DNA from: an uncultured Methylococcaceae bacterium
Lineage (GTDB): Bacteria > Pseudomonadota > Gammaproteobacteria > Methylococcales > Methylomonadaceae
DNA length: 64,000 bases
Reading direction: 5' to 3'
NCBI GenBank assembly: GCA_903944165.1
Contig: CAJAQT010000125.1
Span: 287 to 64,286 of the forward strand
Part shown: positions 50,449 through 59,989 of the stretch, one piece after another
Numbering within the stretch: position 1 is the first letter of the stretch
Layout: each line of letters begins with the position of its first letter
Translations under genes and position numbers: made by a program
Notes under the pieces: model-generated
Seen by the model: only the letters and a program-made list of their open reading frames with translations
Databases searched by the model: none
What the model was told of the DNA's origin: nothing

Positions 50449-52311
50449 ATGAACCCATCATCGAACTTTTTTTTATTAAACGACATACATTCGCCTGCCG
50501 ATGTAAGAAAGTTACCTAAGGATTTGCTAAAGCCATTAGCAGAAGAACTTAGAGAGTTTTTAACGCAATCCGTGAGTATTTCAGGTGGGCATTTTTCTGC
50601 TGGTTTAGGTACCGTTGAACTAACCGTTGCGCTACATTACGTGTTCAATACCCCGTCAGATCAATTAGTTTGGGATGTAGGTCATCAAGCATACCCCCAT
50701 AAAATTCTTACTGGTCGTAAGGACAAAATGACCACAATTCGCTCGCAAGGCGGTATTTGTGCCTTTCCTAATCGCTCAGAAAGCGAATACGATGCATTTG
50801 GCGTGGGGCATTCAAGCACCTCAATTAGCGCGGCCCTGGGCATGGCAATAGCCTCTTCACTTCAAGGTCAAGATAAACAGATGGTCGCAATTATTGGCGA
50901 TGGCAGCATCACCGGCGGCATGGCGTTTGAAGCGATGAACCATGCGGGTGCTATTGATGCAAATCTGCTAGTCATACTAAATGATAATGATATGTCAATT
51001 TCACCCAACGTGGGTGCAATGAATAATTATCTATCCAAGATATTATCAAGCCGCTTATATTCTTCGATGCGCGAGGAGAGTAAAAAAGCCTTAAGTAAAA
51101 TGCCGACAGTTTGGGAATTGGCAAAACGAACAGAAGAACATATTAAAGGAATGGTGATTCCGGGTACCTTATTTGAAGAACTAGGTTTTAACTACATTGG
51201 TCCAATTGATGGACATGATTTAGATGTGTTAGTGGAAACCTTGGAAAATCTTAAGCACATTAGCGGCCCTCGCTTCCTTCATATCGTTACCAAAAAAGGT
51301 AAAGGCTACGCACCTGCAGAAAAAGACCCACTGGCTTATCACGGCGTTCCAGCCTTTGACCCTAGTAAAGAATGCTTGCCAAAATCAACGCCGTCACCAC
51401 ACCCTACGTACACAGAAGTATTTGGTAACTGGTTATGTGATATGGCTCAACAAGATGAACGCTTATTAGGTATTACACCTGCTATGCGTGAAGGCTCAGG
51501 GCTGGTTAAATTTTCTCAACGCTTTCCATCGCGTTATTTTGATGTTGCCATTGCTGAACAGCACGCCGTTACACTCGCGGCAGGTCAGGCATGCCAAGGC
51601 GCAAAACCAGTGGTCGCTATTTATTCAACATTTTTACAACGCGGTTATGACCAATTAATTCATGACGTTGCTTTGCAAGACTTAGATGTATTATTTGCGC
51701 TTGACCGCGCTGGACTGGTAGGCCCTGATGGACCAACGCATGCGGGCAGCTTTGATTACAGCTTCCTTGCCTGTATCCCCAATATGGTTATTATGGCACC
51801 TGCTGATGAAAACGAATGTCGACGCATGCTTACCACAGGCTTTCTGTATAAAGGTCCAGCGTCTGTCCGCTATCCACGCGGCAAAGGGCCAGGTAGTGTT
51901 GTCGAAACAGAATTAAACACTCTTGAAATAGGTAAAGCAGAGATTCGTTTTACGGGCAAACGAATTGCCATTCTTGCCTGGGGCAGCATGGTCACACCAG
52001 GTCTTGAAGTTGGCAAACAACTGAATGCAACCGTGGTAAATATGCGCTTTGTAAAACCTCTTGATGAAGCAATGATTTTACAGCTGGCAAAAACTCATGA
52101 AATTTTTGTCACTTTAGAAGAAAACGTCTTATCGGGCGGCGCGGGTAGTGCAATTAACTTATTCTTACAAAAACAACGTATTTTAATGCCAGTTTTAAAT
52201 ATTGGTCTGCCCGACGCGTTCATCGAGCAAGGCACACGCGAGCAACTTTTAACGCAATGCGGATTAGATATACAAGGTATATTTGATCAAATCGAAACAT
52301 TTTGCGCATAA
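50449..52311 (+). CDS. dxs: 1-deoxy-D-xylulose-5-phosphate synthase
   Basis: [47 protein letters not shown]. Confidence 0.98.
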   Translation: MNPSSNFFLLNDIHSPADVRKLPKDLLKPLAEELREFLTQSVSISGGHFSAGLGTVELTVALHYVFNTPSDQLVWDVGHQAYPHKILTGRKDKMTTIRSQGGICAFPNRSESEYDAFGVGHSSTSISAALGMAIASSLQGQDKQMVAIIGDGSITGGMAFEAMNHAGAIDANLLVILNDNDMSISPNVGAMNNYLSKILSSRLYSSMREESKKALSKMPTVWELAKRTEEHIKGMVIPGTLFEELGFNYIGPIDGHDLDVLVETLENLKHISGPRFLHIVTKKGKGYAPAEKDPLAYHGVPAFDPSKECLPKSTPSPHPTYTEVFGNWLCDMAQQDERLLGITPAMREGSGLVKFSQRFPSRYFDVAIAEQHAVTLAAGQACQGAKPVVAIYSTFLQRGYDQLIHDVALQDLDVLFALDRAGLVGPDGPTHAGSFDYSFLACIPNMVIMAPADENECRRMLTTGFLYKGPASVRYPRGKGPGSVVETELNTLEIGKAEIRFTGKRIAILAWGSMVTPGLEVGKQLNATVVNMRFVKPLDEAMILQLAKTHEIFVTLEENVLSGGAGSAINLFLQKQRILMPVLNIGLPDAFIEQGTREQLLTQCGLDIQGIFDQIETFCA

Positions 52312-52344
52312 AAACTTTTTACCGCCCAACCTTCAGTTAAATTT

Positions 52345-52860
52345 ATGCACAGAATAAAAAATAAAATTCGTGAAATACCTGACTTTCCAAAACCAGGCAT
52401 CTTATTTAAAGATATTACCCCTTTAGTTAAAGATCCTGCCACACTGAAACTAGCCATTCACCAATTAATTCACCCCTTTTTAGGTGCCCCTATAACCGCC
52501 GTTGCGGGCATGGAGGCAAGGGGATTTATTTTTGGCAGCTTAGTTGCCTGGGAGTTAAACCTGCCTTTTATTCCATTACGCAAACCAGGAAAGCTTCCTT
52601 ACAATGTGCATAGTGTGGCCTATGACTTAGAATACGGCTCAACTATGCTTGAAGCGCATATTGACGCGGTAGACAGTACCGACCAGGTACTCTTAATCGA
52701 CGATTTATTAGCCACGGGTGGTACCGCTAAAGCAAGTTGCGAATTAATTGAAAAATTAGGTGCAACTATAGTGGGATGCGCTTTTGTGATCGAACTAGAC
52801 GCATTGGCAGGAAGAAAAAAATTATCAAATTATACTGTTCATTCTTTAATACGTGACTAA
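52345..52860 (+). CDS. apt: Adenine phosphoribosyltransferase
   Basis: PDFPKPGILFKDITP, EARGFIFG, RKPGKLP, LIDDLLATGGT. Confidence 0.97.
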   Translation: MHRIKNKIREIPDFPKPGILFKDITPLVKDPATLKLAIHQLIHPFLGAPITAVAGMEARGFIFGSLVAWELNLPFIPLRKPGKLPYNVHSVAYDLEYGSTMLEAHIDAVDSTDQVLLIDDLLATGGTAKASCELIEKLGATIVGCAFVIELDALAGRKKLSNYTVHSLIRD

Positions 52861-52900
52861 ACTAAGCTTTGTAAAAACAATACTTGATAATGGGCTGGCC

Positions 52901-53092
52901 ATGACAAAGATAGACACCAATAAGCTAACCCAACATCAACAATGGATTGCTGTCTCCGCGTATTATAAAGCCCTCGCCAGAGGCTTTGCGCCAAATAATG
53001 ATCAACAGGATTGGTTAGAAGCTGAACAAGAATTTTCGCAATGCAGTGTTGTACCCAAAAAAATTGGCCTGATTACTCTGCGCCGGGCATAA
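52901..53092 (+). CDS. DUF2934-like small protein
   Basis: IAVSAYYKALARGF....DQQDWLEAE signature; start chosen at ATG 52901. Confidence 0.75.
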   Translation: MTKIDTNKLTQHQQWIAVSAYYKALARGFAPNNDQQDWLEAEQEFSQCSVVPKKIGLITLRRA

Positions 53093-53347
53093 ATTAAGTA
53101 AGCACTCAAGGCTCAGCATAATTTAGGCTCCACAACCAACTATAGACCTCTTTCCTAAAGAAAAGGAAATTGAGTTAGTTGATGTCACTATACAGCACGT
53201 TTTTAGAGCTGTAGATAAAACTCAATAGCAACCCTAAAAATGCCTAGATTTCAAAACCCCTTATGAGTTTTTTGAAGAACTCACTGGCATTGATGTTAAA
53301 AATTTATTGGGTTATGCATTTATAACGTGAATTCAGAACTGACTAAA

Positions 53348-54436
53348 TTACGATAATCTCCGATACTGATAATACGCAGCACACGCACCTTCTGCCGACA
53401 CCATCGTTGCGCCTAAAGCTGATTCTGGTGTGCATCGAGTAGCAAATTGTGGGCATTGCGGTGGTTTAATAAGCCCTTTTAACACTTGTCCACTTAAGCA
53501 CTCAACGGCTTCCTGAGTATTTATCATCATGACATCAAAATACGATTCAGCGTTCCATTGCTGAAATTCAGAACGCAAAGCTAAGCCGCTGCCAGCAATT
53601 TCCCCCAAACCACGCCAATTTCTATCCACAACCTCAAAAACTTGCATCATTAATTCTTGAGCAGGAAGATTGCCCCGCTCATTGACAGCACGTTGATAGC
53701 TATTCTCAACCGCATAATGCTTATTTTCTAATTGCCTAACGCAACATAAAATTCCTTTTACAATATCAACAGGTTCAAAACCAGTAATAACAATAGGAAT
53801 CTGGTAGCGCTGGGTAAGGGGAAGATATTCATGATAGCCCATGACCATACAAACATGTCCAGCACCTAAAAAACCATGAAGTTGATGATCTGGTGAAGAT
53901 AAAAGCACCTCCATTACAGGTGGTACCCGTACATGACTAATCAACAAAGAAAAGTTTGTAACCCCCAATAATTTCGCCTGATATGCTGCCATTGCAGTAG
54001 TTGGTGCAGTTGTTTCAAAACCGACACCAAAAAAAACAACATGCTTATCTGTGAATTGTTGTGCTAAATGAACCGCATCAATAGGTGAATAAACAATTCT
54101 TATGTCAGCCCCTTGAGCTTTTAAATGTAACAAATCAGTCTGTGAACCTGGCACTCTTAACATATCGCCAAACGTACAAAAAATAACATTAGGCTGGGCG
54201 GCAATACACAGTGCCTTATCAATATACGCTAAAGGTGTTACACAGACTGGACAGCCAGGCCCATGAATTAAGGTAATTAAATCAGGCAACAATTGATCAA
54301 GCGCATATTTAATGATGCTATGCGTTTGTCCACCACACACCTCCATAATATTCCAAGGGCGAGTAATACAGCATTTGATTGCGTCAATGTATTCGAACAC
54401 CTTGTCAGGATGTTGCAACGCCTTAAGATAATTCAT
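53348..54436 (-). CDS. hypD: Hydrogenase maturation protein HypD
   Basis: [37 protein letters not shown]; ATG at 54436 overlaps the end of hypC. Confidence 0.96.
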   Translation of the reverse strand: MNYLKALQHPDKVFEYIDAIKCCITRPWNIMEVCGGQTHSIIKYALDQLLPDLITLIHGPGCPVCVTPLAYIDKALCIAAQPNVIFCTFGDMLRVPGSQTDLLHLKAQGADIRIVYSPIDAVHLAQQFTDKHVVFFGVGFETTAPTTAMAAYQAKLLGVTNFSLLISHVRVPPVMEVLLSSPDHQLHGFLGAGHVCMVMGYHEYLPLTQRYQIPIVITGFEPVDIVKGILCCVRQLENKHYAVENSYQRAVNERGNLPAQELMMQVFEVVDRNWRGLGEIAGSGLALRSEFQQWNAESYFDVMMINTQEAVECLSGQVLKGLIKPPQCPQFATRCTPESALGATMVSAEGACAAYYQYRRLS

Positions 54437-54680
54437 TGATACGTTCAAAATCATTTAGCTCAACAAACGCATTAAGCGTTTCTTGAGCTTCGGCTTGATC
54501 AAGAATAGACAATGCAAAACCTGCATGCACGATCACGTAATCATTCTCCTTTGCTTCGGGCACAAAGGCTAAAGACACTGCTTTGGTAATGCCTGAAAAA
54601 TCGACTACCCCCATAACTAACATGTCATTATTTTCATGCTTAATAATACTAATAATTTTAGCTGGCAAAGCAAGACACAT
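54423..54680 (-). CDS. hypC: Hydrogenase assembly chaperone HypC
   Basis: MCLALPA N-terminus, [10 protein letters not shown]. Confidence 0.96.
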   Translation of the reverse strand: MCLALPAKIISIIKHENNDMLVMGVVDFSGITKAVSLAFVPEAKENDYVIVHAGFALSILDQAEAQETLNAFVELNDFERINELS

Positions 54681-54738
54681 AAGCTGTTACCTTTGAGAAG
54701 AGAAGAGCGGTGAGGGATGCTAAAAAACAAGATTATTC

Positions 54739-55560
54739 TTAGGCTTTAGCTGCTGAAAGAAGTTTATCTCGCTCAATTTGTAAAATATAAGCTTGAATAT
54801 GGTTTTCAAAGGCAGGAGCAATACGAGTGAATTTACAGCCAATGCGCTCTATTTTTAAATAAAAATCATACGTAAATTTAAATATAAATCTTTTTTTAAT
54901 AGAATCCTCGATACGCTTAAATCGACAACCAAGCTCTTTTAAAGACCTTGCATTTTTTTCAGTTAACACTTCCTTGTACTGAATTTCAAATGACACCACA
55001 ACATCAACGCTATTTGCTAAAGATACCCTACAATTTAAAAACTGCTTACCCTCTGTAAATAGAGCAGATAAGGCGCTTCTCTCATTTAATAAAGCAAATC
55101 CCGTCAAACTAATGTCAATTAATTTTATTTGTACTTCTACATTTCCAAACCACGGCAGTAAACAATAACTTGGCTTTTCCTGAGGTAAAGTGACGCGATG
55201 AAAACCTCTAAACTCTAACCAAGCCAAACTATCGGGGAAAGGAACTAAAAATGCGCGGACGCTGCCAAAATGGGTTACCTGTAACGCTTGAGTATTAAAA
55301 ACAACTTTAACACCACGATAATCTGAGTTAAAGGACAGATTAGTACACTCTAAAAAATGCTTAGTAAACGATGCCTTAGCATCAAGATAAAATATTAATG
55401 TTCGTGTTGTCGGATTAATTTCTAATAATTTTGTTCTTACAACTTCATCATTATCATCACCATTAGAAACATACATTACACAATCATGCTTACATAAAAT
55501 CGCCAATTTATTAGCAATTAACTCAGGCTTGGTTATTACAAGAACAGAATCCATTTTCAT
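54739..55560 (-). CDS. ycgR: Flagellar brake protein (YcgR N-domain plus PilZ)
   Basis: RGFHR (RxxxR) and DISLTG (DxSxxG) c-di-GMP motifs; downstream of flgN. Confidence 0.82.
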   Translation of the reverse strand: MKMDSVLVITKPELIANKLAILCKHDCVMYVSNGDDNDEVVRTKLLEINPTTRTLIFYLDAKASFTKHFLECTNLSFNSDYRGVKVVFNTQALQVTHFGSVRAFLVPFPDSLAWLEFRGFHRVTLPQEKPSYCLLPWFGNVEVQIKLIDISLTGFALLNERSALSALFTEGKQFLNCRVSLANSVDVVVSFEIQYKEVLTEKNARSLKELGCRFKRIEDSIKKRFIFKFTYDFYLKIERIGCKFTRIAPAFENHIQAYILQIERDKLLSAAKA

Positions 55561-55667
55561 ATTAAGATCTACAACACCACACGTTAAGAGGAATAATGCA
55601 CTAACGATTACTTAATTTACTAAAATCGCCAAATAATAAACGAAGACTAGCTAGCAATGGATATGAA

Positions 55668-56162
55668 TTATACCGAAAACAGAGAGCGTGAGTGTAACTC
55701 AGATTGACTTGCCCCATTGGGGCCGTAAGTATTGGAGACGAGCGAGCTTCCTTTTATAATTTGCAAAGCACGCTCAGTGTGACGGCTTAATAATAAGATA
55801 CTAGCCCCATTTTGATCATTTAATTGCTTGCACAGCAACGCATTTTCCTGAATTTTTTGCCAATCACTTTCTAACGCAGCCATATTTAATCCAGCTGTAC
55901 CTACATTTTTAAAATATTGTTCAATACCAACTCTATCAATAGGTAAATTCTCAAGCCTTAAGACGTCGACTAATTGCTTATTAAACGCTTCTAAATCAGC
56001 AACAAGACGAATTTTTTCCCCTGCTTTTTGACTAATTGAATCTGGACTTGACGCAGCTTTTAATATTTTAGCCTCGTCTTGCAAGGTTTTTTCCAAACCA
56101 ATCATTCTCTTTAAAATATCAGTCAATAAATTGACAACTAGAGGATAAGTATTTTCTATCAT
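55668..56162 (-). CDS. flgN: Flagellar export chaperone FlgN
   Basis: CKQLNDQNGASI, TYGPNG; directly after flgM; start at ATG 56162 (TTG 56177 possible). Confidence 0.85.
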   Translation of the reverse strand: MIENTYPLVVNLLTDILKRMIGLEKTLQDEAKILKAASSPDSISQKAGEKIRLVADLEAFNKQLVDVLRLENLPIDRVGIEQYFKNVGTAGLNMAALESDWQKIQENALLCKQLNDQNGASILLLSRHTERALQIIKGSSLVSNTYGPNGASQSELHSRSLFSV

Positions 56163-56185
56163 GAGGAAATAACTCAAAGAACTTT

Positions 56186-56482
56186 TTAAGGTAACGCTAG
56201 CTCAAATTCAAGCATTTTTTTTGCAATCCTTTCCGCATTAATAGCATAACTGCCTTCTGATAAGGCTTTTTTTACGCTATTTACTTTATCTAAATCAAAT
56301 GCTTCAGAAGCTGCCGAGGATTCAAACGCTTTTTTAATTCCTTGAGCCATCGTCGTAATAGATACATCATCAGTATCTGTGTTTTTTACAACATTGGTCT
56401 TAGTGCTTTCAGGCTGATTTTTAGGGGCACTTTTAATAGTAGATGATGTCTGTAAGCGACCATTTATAGATTCTATAGTCAT
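56186..56482 (-). CDS. flgM: Anti-sigma28 factor FlgM
   Basis: KVNSVKKALSEGSYAINAERIAKKM. Confidence 0.92.
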   Translation of the reverse strand: MTIESINGRLQTSSTIKSAPKNQPESTKTNVVKNTDTDDVSITTMAQGIKKAFESSAASEAFDLDKVNSVKKALSEGSYAINAERIAKKMLEFELALP

Positions 56483-56519
56483 ACGAAATTCCTTTATTTA
56501 AACTTTAAACTTGCAACTA

Positions 56520-56546
56520 ATAACGGCACTATCCATTCATTCTTTA
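56520..56546 (-). promoter_or_regulatory. sigma28 (FliA) promoter of flgM: TAAA-N15-GCCGTTAT
   Basis: Minus strand reads TAAA GAATGAATGGATAGT GCCGTTAT, ending 37 bp upstream of the flgM ATG; consensus TAAA-N15-GCCGATAA. Confidence 0.8.
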
Positions 56547-56885
56547 AACATACTGCGTGACTAAATTTAAAAAATCTAAAAGTTTTTAACCATAGCCTAG
56601 ATGTAATGACATTGCTGGCAAATTTTTCATTCGTCGTAAACGTAATTCAACAGCATTAAAAACTAATCATGCATAATAATACACTTTACCCATTTTGCTA
56701 TTCAACCATAAATAATGAATAACAAATCAGCATCGCCCCCCTTCAAGGCTTAACACAAATGTTAATTTTTTAAATACAACCACAGCATAAAAAAATAAGA
56801 CATTACAAGGAAATAACCGTAATCACGCTAGTCATCGTTATAATATTTACAGAACAAGCACTCGCATACTTTGGCAAACATAGCA

Positions 56886-56912
56886 TAAACAGCTTAAGCT
56901 ATAAGCCTATAG
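56886..56912 (+). promoter_or_regulatory. Putative sigma28 promoter of motAB: TAAA-N15-GCCTATAG
   Basis: Exact 15-nt spacing, 6/8 match at -10, about 100 bp upstream of motA. Confidence 0.6.
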
Positions 56913-57011
56913 CAAAACTGTTTATCGTCAACCAGCCTGACGTTGTACGTATAATTTTAAAAAATATTTGTTATTTATCTTTTACCAGTAATTTTCAACT
57001 CAGAGGAATTT

Positions 57012-57860
57012 ATGTTAGTCATTATCGGATATGTAGTTATTCTTGCTTGCCTTGGTGGTGGGTTTGTTGGCGGCGGCGGACATATGGGTGTACTCGTTCA
57101 ACCCTTTGAATTTCTAATTATTCTTGGCGCAGCATTAGGAGCCTTTGTTGCTGGGAATTCCATGGACATTGTTAAGGCTGCGTTTAAGGGCGGAACAGCT
57201 ACCTTAAGCAACTCACCTTACAATAAAACTTTTTATCTTGAACTCTTACTGTCGTTTAATGCCTTAACCAATAAAATACGCAAAGAAGGCTTGCTATCAT
57301 TGGAAGATATTATTGATGAGCCACAAATTGACACTATTTTTATGCCTGCCGTATTAAAAGACCATCATTTAATGGAGTTTATTCGCGATAACTTACGTCT
57401 AATGTTAACAGGGGTTGAAGTTGCTGCACTTGAGGAATTAACAGATCAAGTATTAGAGACGCATCATGAAGATGGACATGGGCCAATTAAAGCCGTGCAA
57501 TCGGTTGGGGATGGCTTACCCGCCTTTGGTATTGTGGCCGCCGTATTAGGTGTTGTTCACACTATGGAGTCAGTAGGTATACCACCTGCAGAATTAGGAA
57601 AACTTATTGCCGCAGCTCTCGTCGGTACATTTTTAGGTATTTTATTGGCCTATGGCTTTGTTAATCCCGTTGCCTCAGTCATGCAACAACGTTTTGAAAT
57701 GGCGAGTAATGCGTATAAGTGCGTGCAAAAAGGTTTGCTCTGCTGCTCAAAAGGCTTGTCACCCACCATGACAGTAGAATATATGCGAGCAATGATTACA
57801 GAAAATATGCGCCCTGACTTCTTTGAGCTCGAAGCGCAAATTAAAGCGAACAAAAAATAG
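57012..57860 (+). CDS. motA: Flagellar stator protein MotA
   Basis: QPFEFLIILGAALG, DGLPAFGIVAAVLG, LIAAALVGTFLGILLAYG. Confidence 0.96.
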   Translation: MLVIIGYVVILACLGGGFVGGGGHMGVLVQPFEFLIILGAALGAFVAGNSMDIVKAAFKGGTATLSNSPYNKTFYLELLLSFNALTNKIRKEGLLSLEDIIDEPQIDTIFMPAVLKDHHLMEFIRDNLRLMLTGVEVAALEELTDQVLETHHEDGHGPIKAVQSVGDGLPAFGIVAAVLGVVHTMESVGIPPAELGKLIAAALVGTFLGILLAYGFVNPVASVMQQRFEMASNAYKCVQKGLLCCSKGLSPTMTVEYMRAMITENMRPDFFELEAQIKANKK

Positions 57861-57869
57861 GAAGCAACC

Positions 57870-58829
57870 GTGGCAGATCAACCTATCATCATCAAAAAAA
57901 TTAAAAAGAAAGGTCATGAACACCATGGCGGCGCATGGAAACTTGCCTATGCCGATTTCGTTACCGCCATGATGGCTTTCTTTTTACTTATGTGGCTTTT
58001 ATCATCAACCACACCAGAACAAAAAAAAGGAATTTCAGAGTATTTTCAAGACCCCTATAAAATCTCTTTAAATGGTGGAGAAGATGTAGGGGATAGAACT
58101 CAAGTTGAATCTCAAGGCGGACGCGACATTACCTCAGATGATCCTGGCCAAGTAGAAGATAAAACCGCTGAAGCGGCGGCATTACAACAACTGGAGCAAT
58201 TGAAAAAGACTATTGAAGAAATGATCAACACAAAGCCAGAAATGAATGAATTTAAAGATCAAATCAATCTTGAAATTACACCTGAAGGCTTGCGCATTCT
58301 CATTACTGACAAAGAAAATCGCCCTATGTTTCAGCTAGCAAGCTCTGCTACCGAAGAACATATTAAAGAAATTCTAAGAGCCTTAGGCTCAACTATCAAT
58401 GGCTTACCAAATAAAATTTCTATAAATGGCCACACTGATTCACGGCCTTTTCCAGATAATCAGTCAGGCTACACAAACTGGGAGTTATCAGGTGATCGTG
58501 CCAATGCGGCACGTCAAGAATTAATTGATGGTGGACTAGAAGAACAAAAAGTTTTACGTGTTTCAGGCTTATCTTCAAGCATCCCTTTAAATACTGATGA
58601 CCCTAATGATCCTATTAATAGAAGAATATCGATTATCGTTATGAATAAAAAAACAGAAATGAATATTATTGATAGTTTAGGCGGAGCAGCCCCAACTACT
58701 CTCCCCACGGCAACAACTGAAACAACCGAAACAACCGAAACAACTGAAGCAACTGAAACAACAGAGACAACTGAACCTGCTGCGGAATTACCCACTGAAC
58801 CAGCACCAAATCCAGCTGAACTGCAATAA
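57870..58829 (+). CDS. motB: Flagellar stator protein MotB
   Basis: GGAWKLAYADFVTAMMAFFLLMWL (catalytic Asp); OmpA-like GHTD, NWELSGDRA, NRRI; GTG start. Confidence 0.96.
   Translation: MADQPIIIKKIKKKGHEHHGGAWKLAYADFVTAMMAFFLLMWLLSSTTPEQKKGISEYFQDPYKISLNGGEDVGDRTQVESQGGRDITSDDPGQVEDKTAEAAALQQLEQLKKTIEEMINTKPEMNEFKDQINLEITPEGLRILITDKENRPMFQLASSATEEHIKEILRALGSTINGLPNKISINGHTDSRPFPDNQSGYTNWELSGDRANAARQELIDGGLEEQKVLRVSGLSSSIPLNTDDPNDPINRRISIIVMNKKTEMNIIDSLGGAAPTTLPTATTETTETTETTEATETTETTEPAAELPTEPAPNPAELQ
58713..58775 (+). repeat. Seven tandem 9-bp units (consensus ACAACYGAA) encoding (T/A)TE x7 in the MotB tail
   Basis: acaactgaa acaaccgaa acaaccgaa acaactgaa gcaactgaa acaacagag acaactgaa, read directly. 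Confidence 0.9.
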
Positions 58830-58851
58830 AAAAGGGTGCCGAAGCAGCCTT
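58828..58851 (-). terminator. Intrinsic terminator downstream of flgA (may also act on motB)
   Basis: Minus strand AAGGCTGC-TTCG-GCACCCTT-TTTT: C(UUCG)G tetraloop, one mismatch, U-tract; lies between convergent motB and flgA. Confidence 0.65.
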
Positions 58852-59080
58852 AATCGTGCTTAGTCAAAGAATACAGAGACGGTAAACTTATTATAAAAAC
58901 TAACTGCTATTTTTTAAGCATTTAATGTGCATGTTGGCGAAGCAATTTAGGCACAACCTGCGCCAGTTGAATACTTTCACCGTCTCTACACTTATCGTTC
59001 TGTTACTGTATTCCCACTAATTTTTGCTATCCACTCCTCACAAAACCAGCACATCTAAAGCAAGCCTGCGCTCGACCAAG

Positions 59081-59773
59081 TCAATCAACCACTACCAAAC
59101 CCGCCTCAATAATGGTCGCATTAATAATACGACTGGAACTTTCATTTTTAACACGAATGCGCTGCCCCTTCGCCCCATCCATCAGCGCAATACCTGTCAT
59201 GGAAATAGAAAGACCAGATTTTTCACTATGAATTGCAACTTTATCACCTTTTTTAATAAGCACTGGCTCCACAATATTGCGCACACTTACGACACTACCT
59301 GCCATCATTGACCGAACGACTTGCTTATTAAGTACCTGAGAAATATCGGTAAAAAAGTCTTCTCGCACACTGGAAATATCACGTCGCTCAATTGACAGCA
59401 TGGCATCAGTAATAATGTCTCCACGCTGCACAGGTCTAGCTAGAATCACAACATCCTTAAAAACACTAATTAACACAGAAACGTAAATCGTCCATTTTTT
59501 CTCACCCTTACAGCGCACCCCAATTGAATATCGACCAGCATTAATTTTTTCAGAAGAGGAAAATGCTTCGAGTGCAACCGAACACTCTGCAAGCTGTAAC
59601 TGGGCATCCAAAGGCACAATATTGACCGCATACTCTACACTCGCAACCAGTTTGGCATGAATGAACTGCGTAATCGTTTGATAAATAGCATCATGGGACA
59701 GTAATTTCTGCTCCGCACCCACCGAACTTATACTCATTACAACGATAACAATAAGATACATTTTTTTCATCAT
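59081..59773 (-). CDS. flgA: Flagellar P-ring formation chaperone FlgA
   Basis: Signal peptide, SAF domain, ALMDGAKGQRIRVKNESSSRII. Confidence 0.93.
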   Translation of the reverse strand: MMKKMYLIVIVVMSISSVGAEQKLLSHDAIYQTITQFIHAKLVASVEYAVNIVPLDAQLQLAECSVALEAFSSSEKINAGRYSIGVRCKGEKKWTIYVSVLISVFKDVVILARPVQRGDIITDAMLSIERRDISSVREDFFTDISQVLNKQVVRSMMAGSVVSVRNIVEPVLIKKGDKVAIHSEKSGLSISMTGIALMDGAKGQRIRVKNESSSRIINATIIEAGLVVVD

Positions 59774-59841
59774 AGCCCACTTACTCCTTGAATTAACCGC
59801 AGCAAAACGCCAAAAAAAATAAGTCTAGGCCATAACGCAAA

Positions 59842-59855
59842 GCCATTTTTTTGAC
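59842..59855. promoter_or_regulatory. Possible FleQ/FlrA-type enhancer (minus strand GTCAAAAAAATGGC)
   Basis: Resembles the GTCA-A-rich-TGAC FleQ box; about 75 bp upstream of the sigma54 site. Confidence 0.35.
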
Positions 59856-59928
59856 GAACCCTTATAAGCTTGCCTAAAAATAACCACAAATAAAATACAA
59901 AACATTGATAATTATAATAAAAAATTAT

Positions 59929-59944
59929 TGGCACAAAGCATGCT
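59929..59944 (+). promoter_or_regulatory. sigma54 promoter of the flgB operon: TGGCAC-AAAGC-ATGCT
   Basis: GG at 59930-31 and GC at 59942-43 with the exact N10 spacing; 45 bp upstream of flgB. Confidence 0.8.
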
Positions 59945-59989
59945 TTAGTTTTTGTAAAATTAATTAAAACGCACTACGAGGACTACATT

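Noticed and set aside
53360-53500. HypD lacks the second Cys pair (CLSG, ATMVS)
   Set aside because: The four Fe-S ligands are retained and this variation is common in proteobacterial HypD.
56871-56885. TGGCAAACATAGCA as a sigma54 promoter for motA
   Set aside because: GG-to-GC spacing is 8 nt, not the required 10.
59799-59875. GCAAAAC...ACGCAAAGCC, resembling a c-di-GMP-I riboswitch
   Set aside because: No GNRA-capped P2 stem or tetraloop receptor, and it lies upstream of the flgB sigma54 promoter so would not be in the leader.
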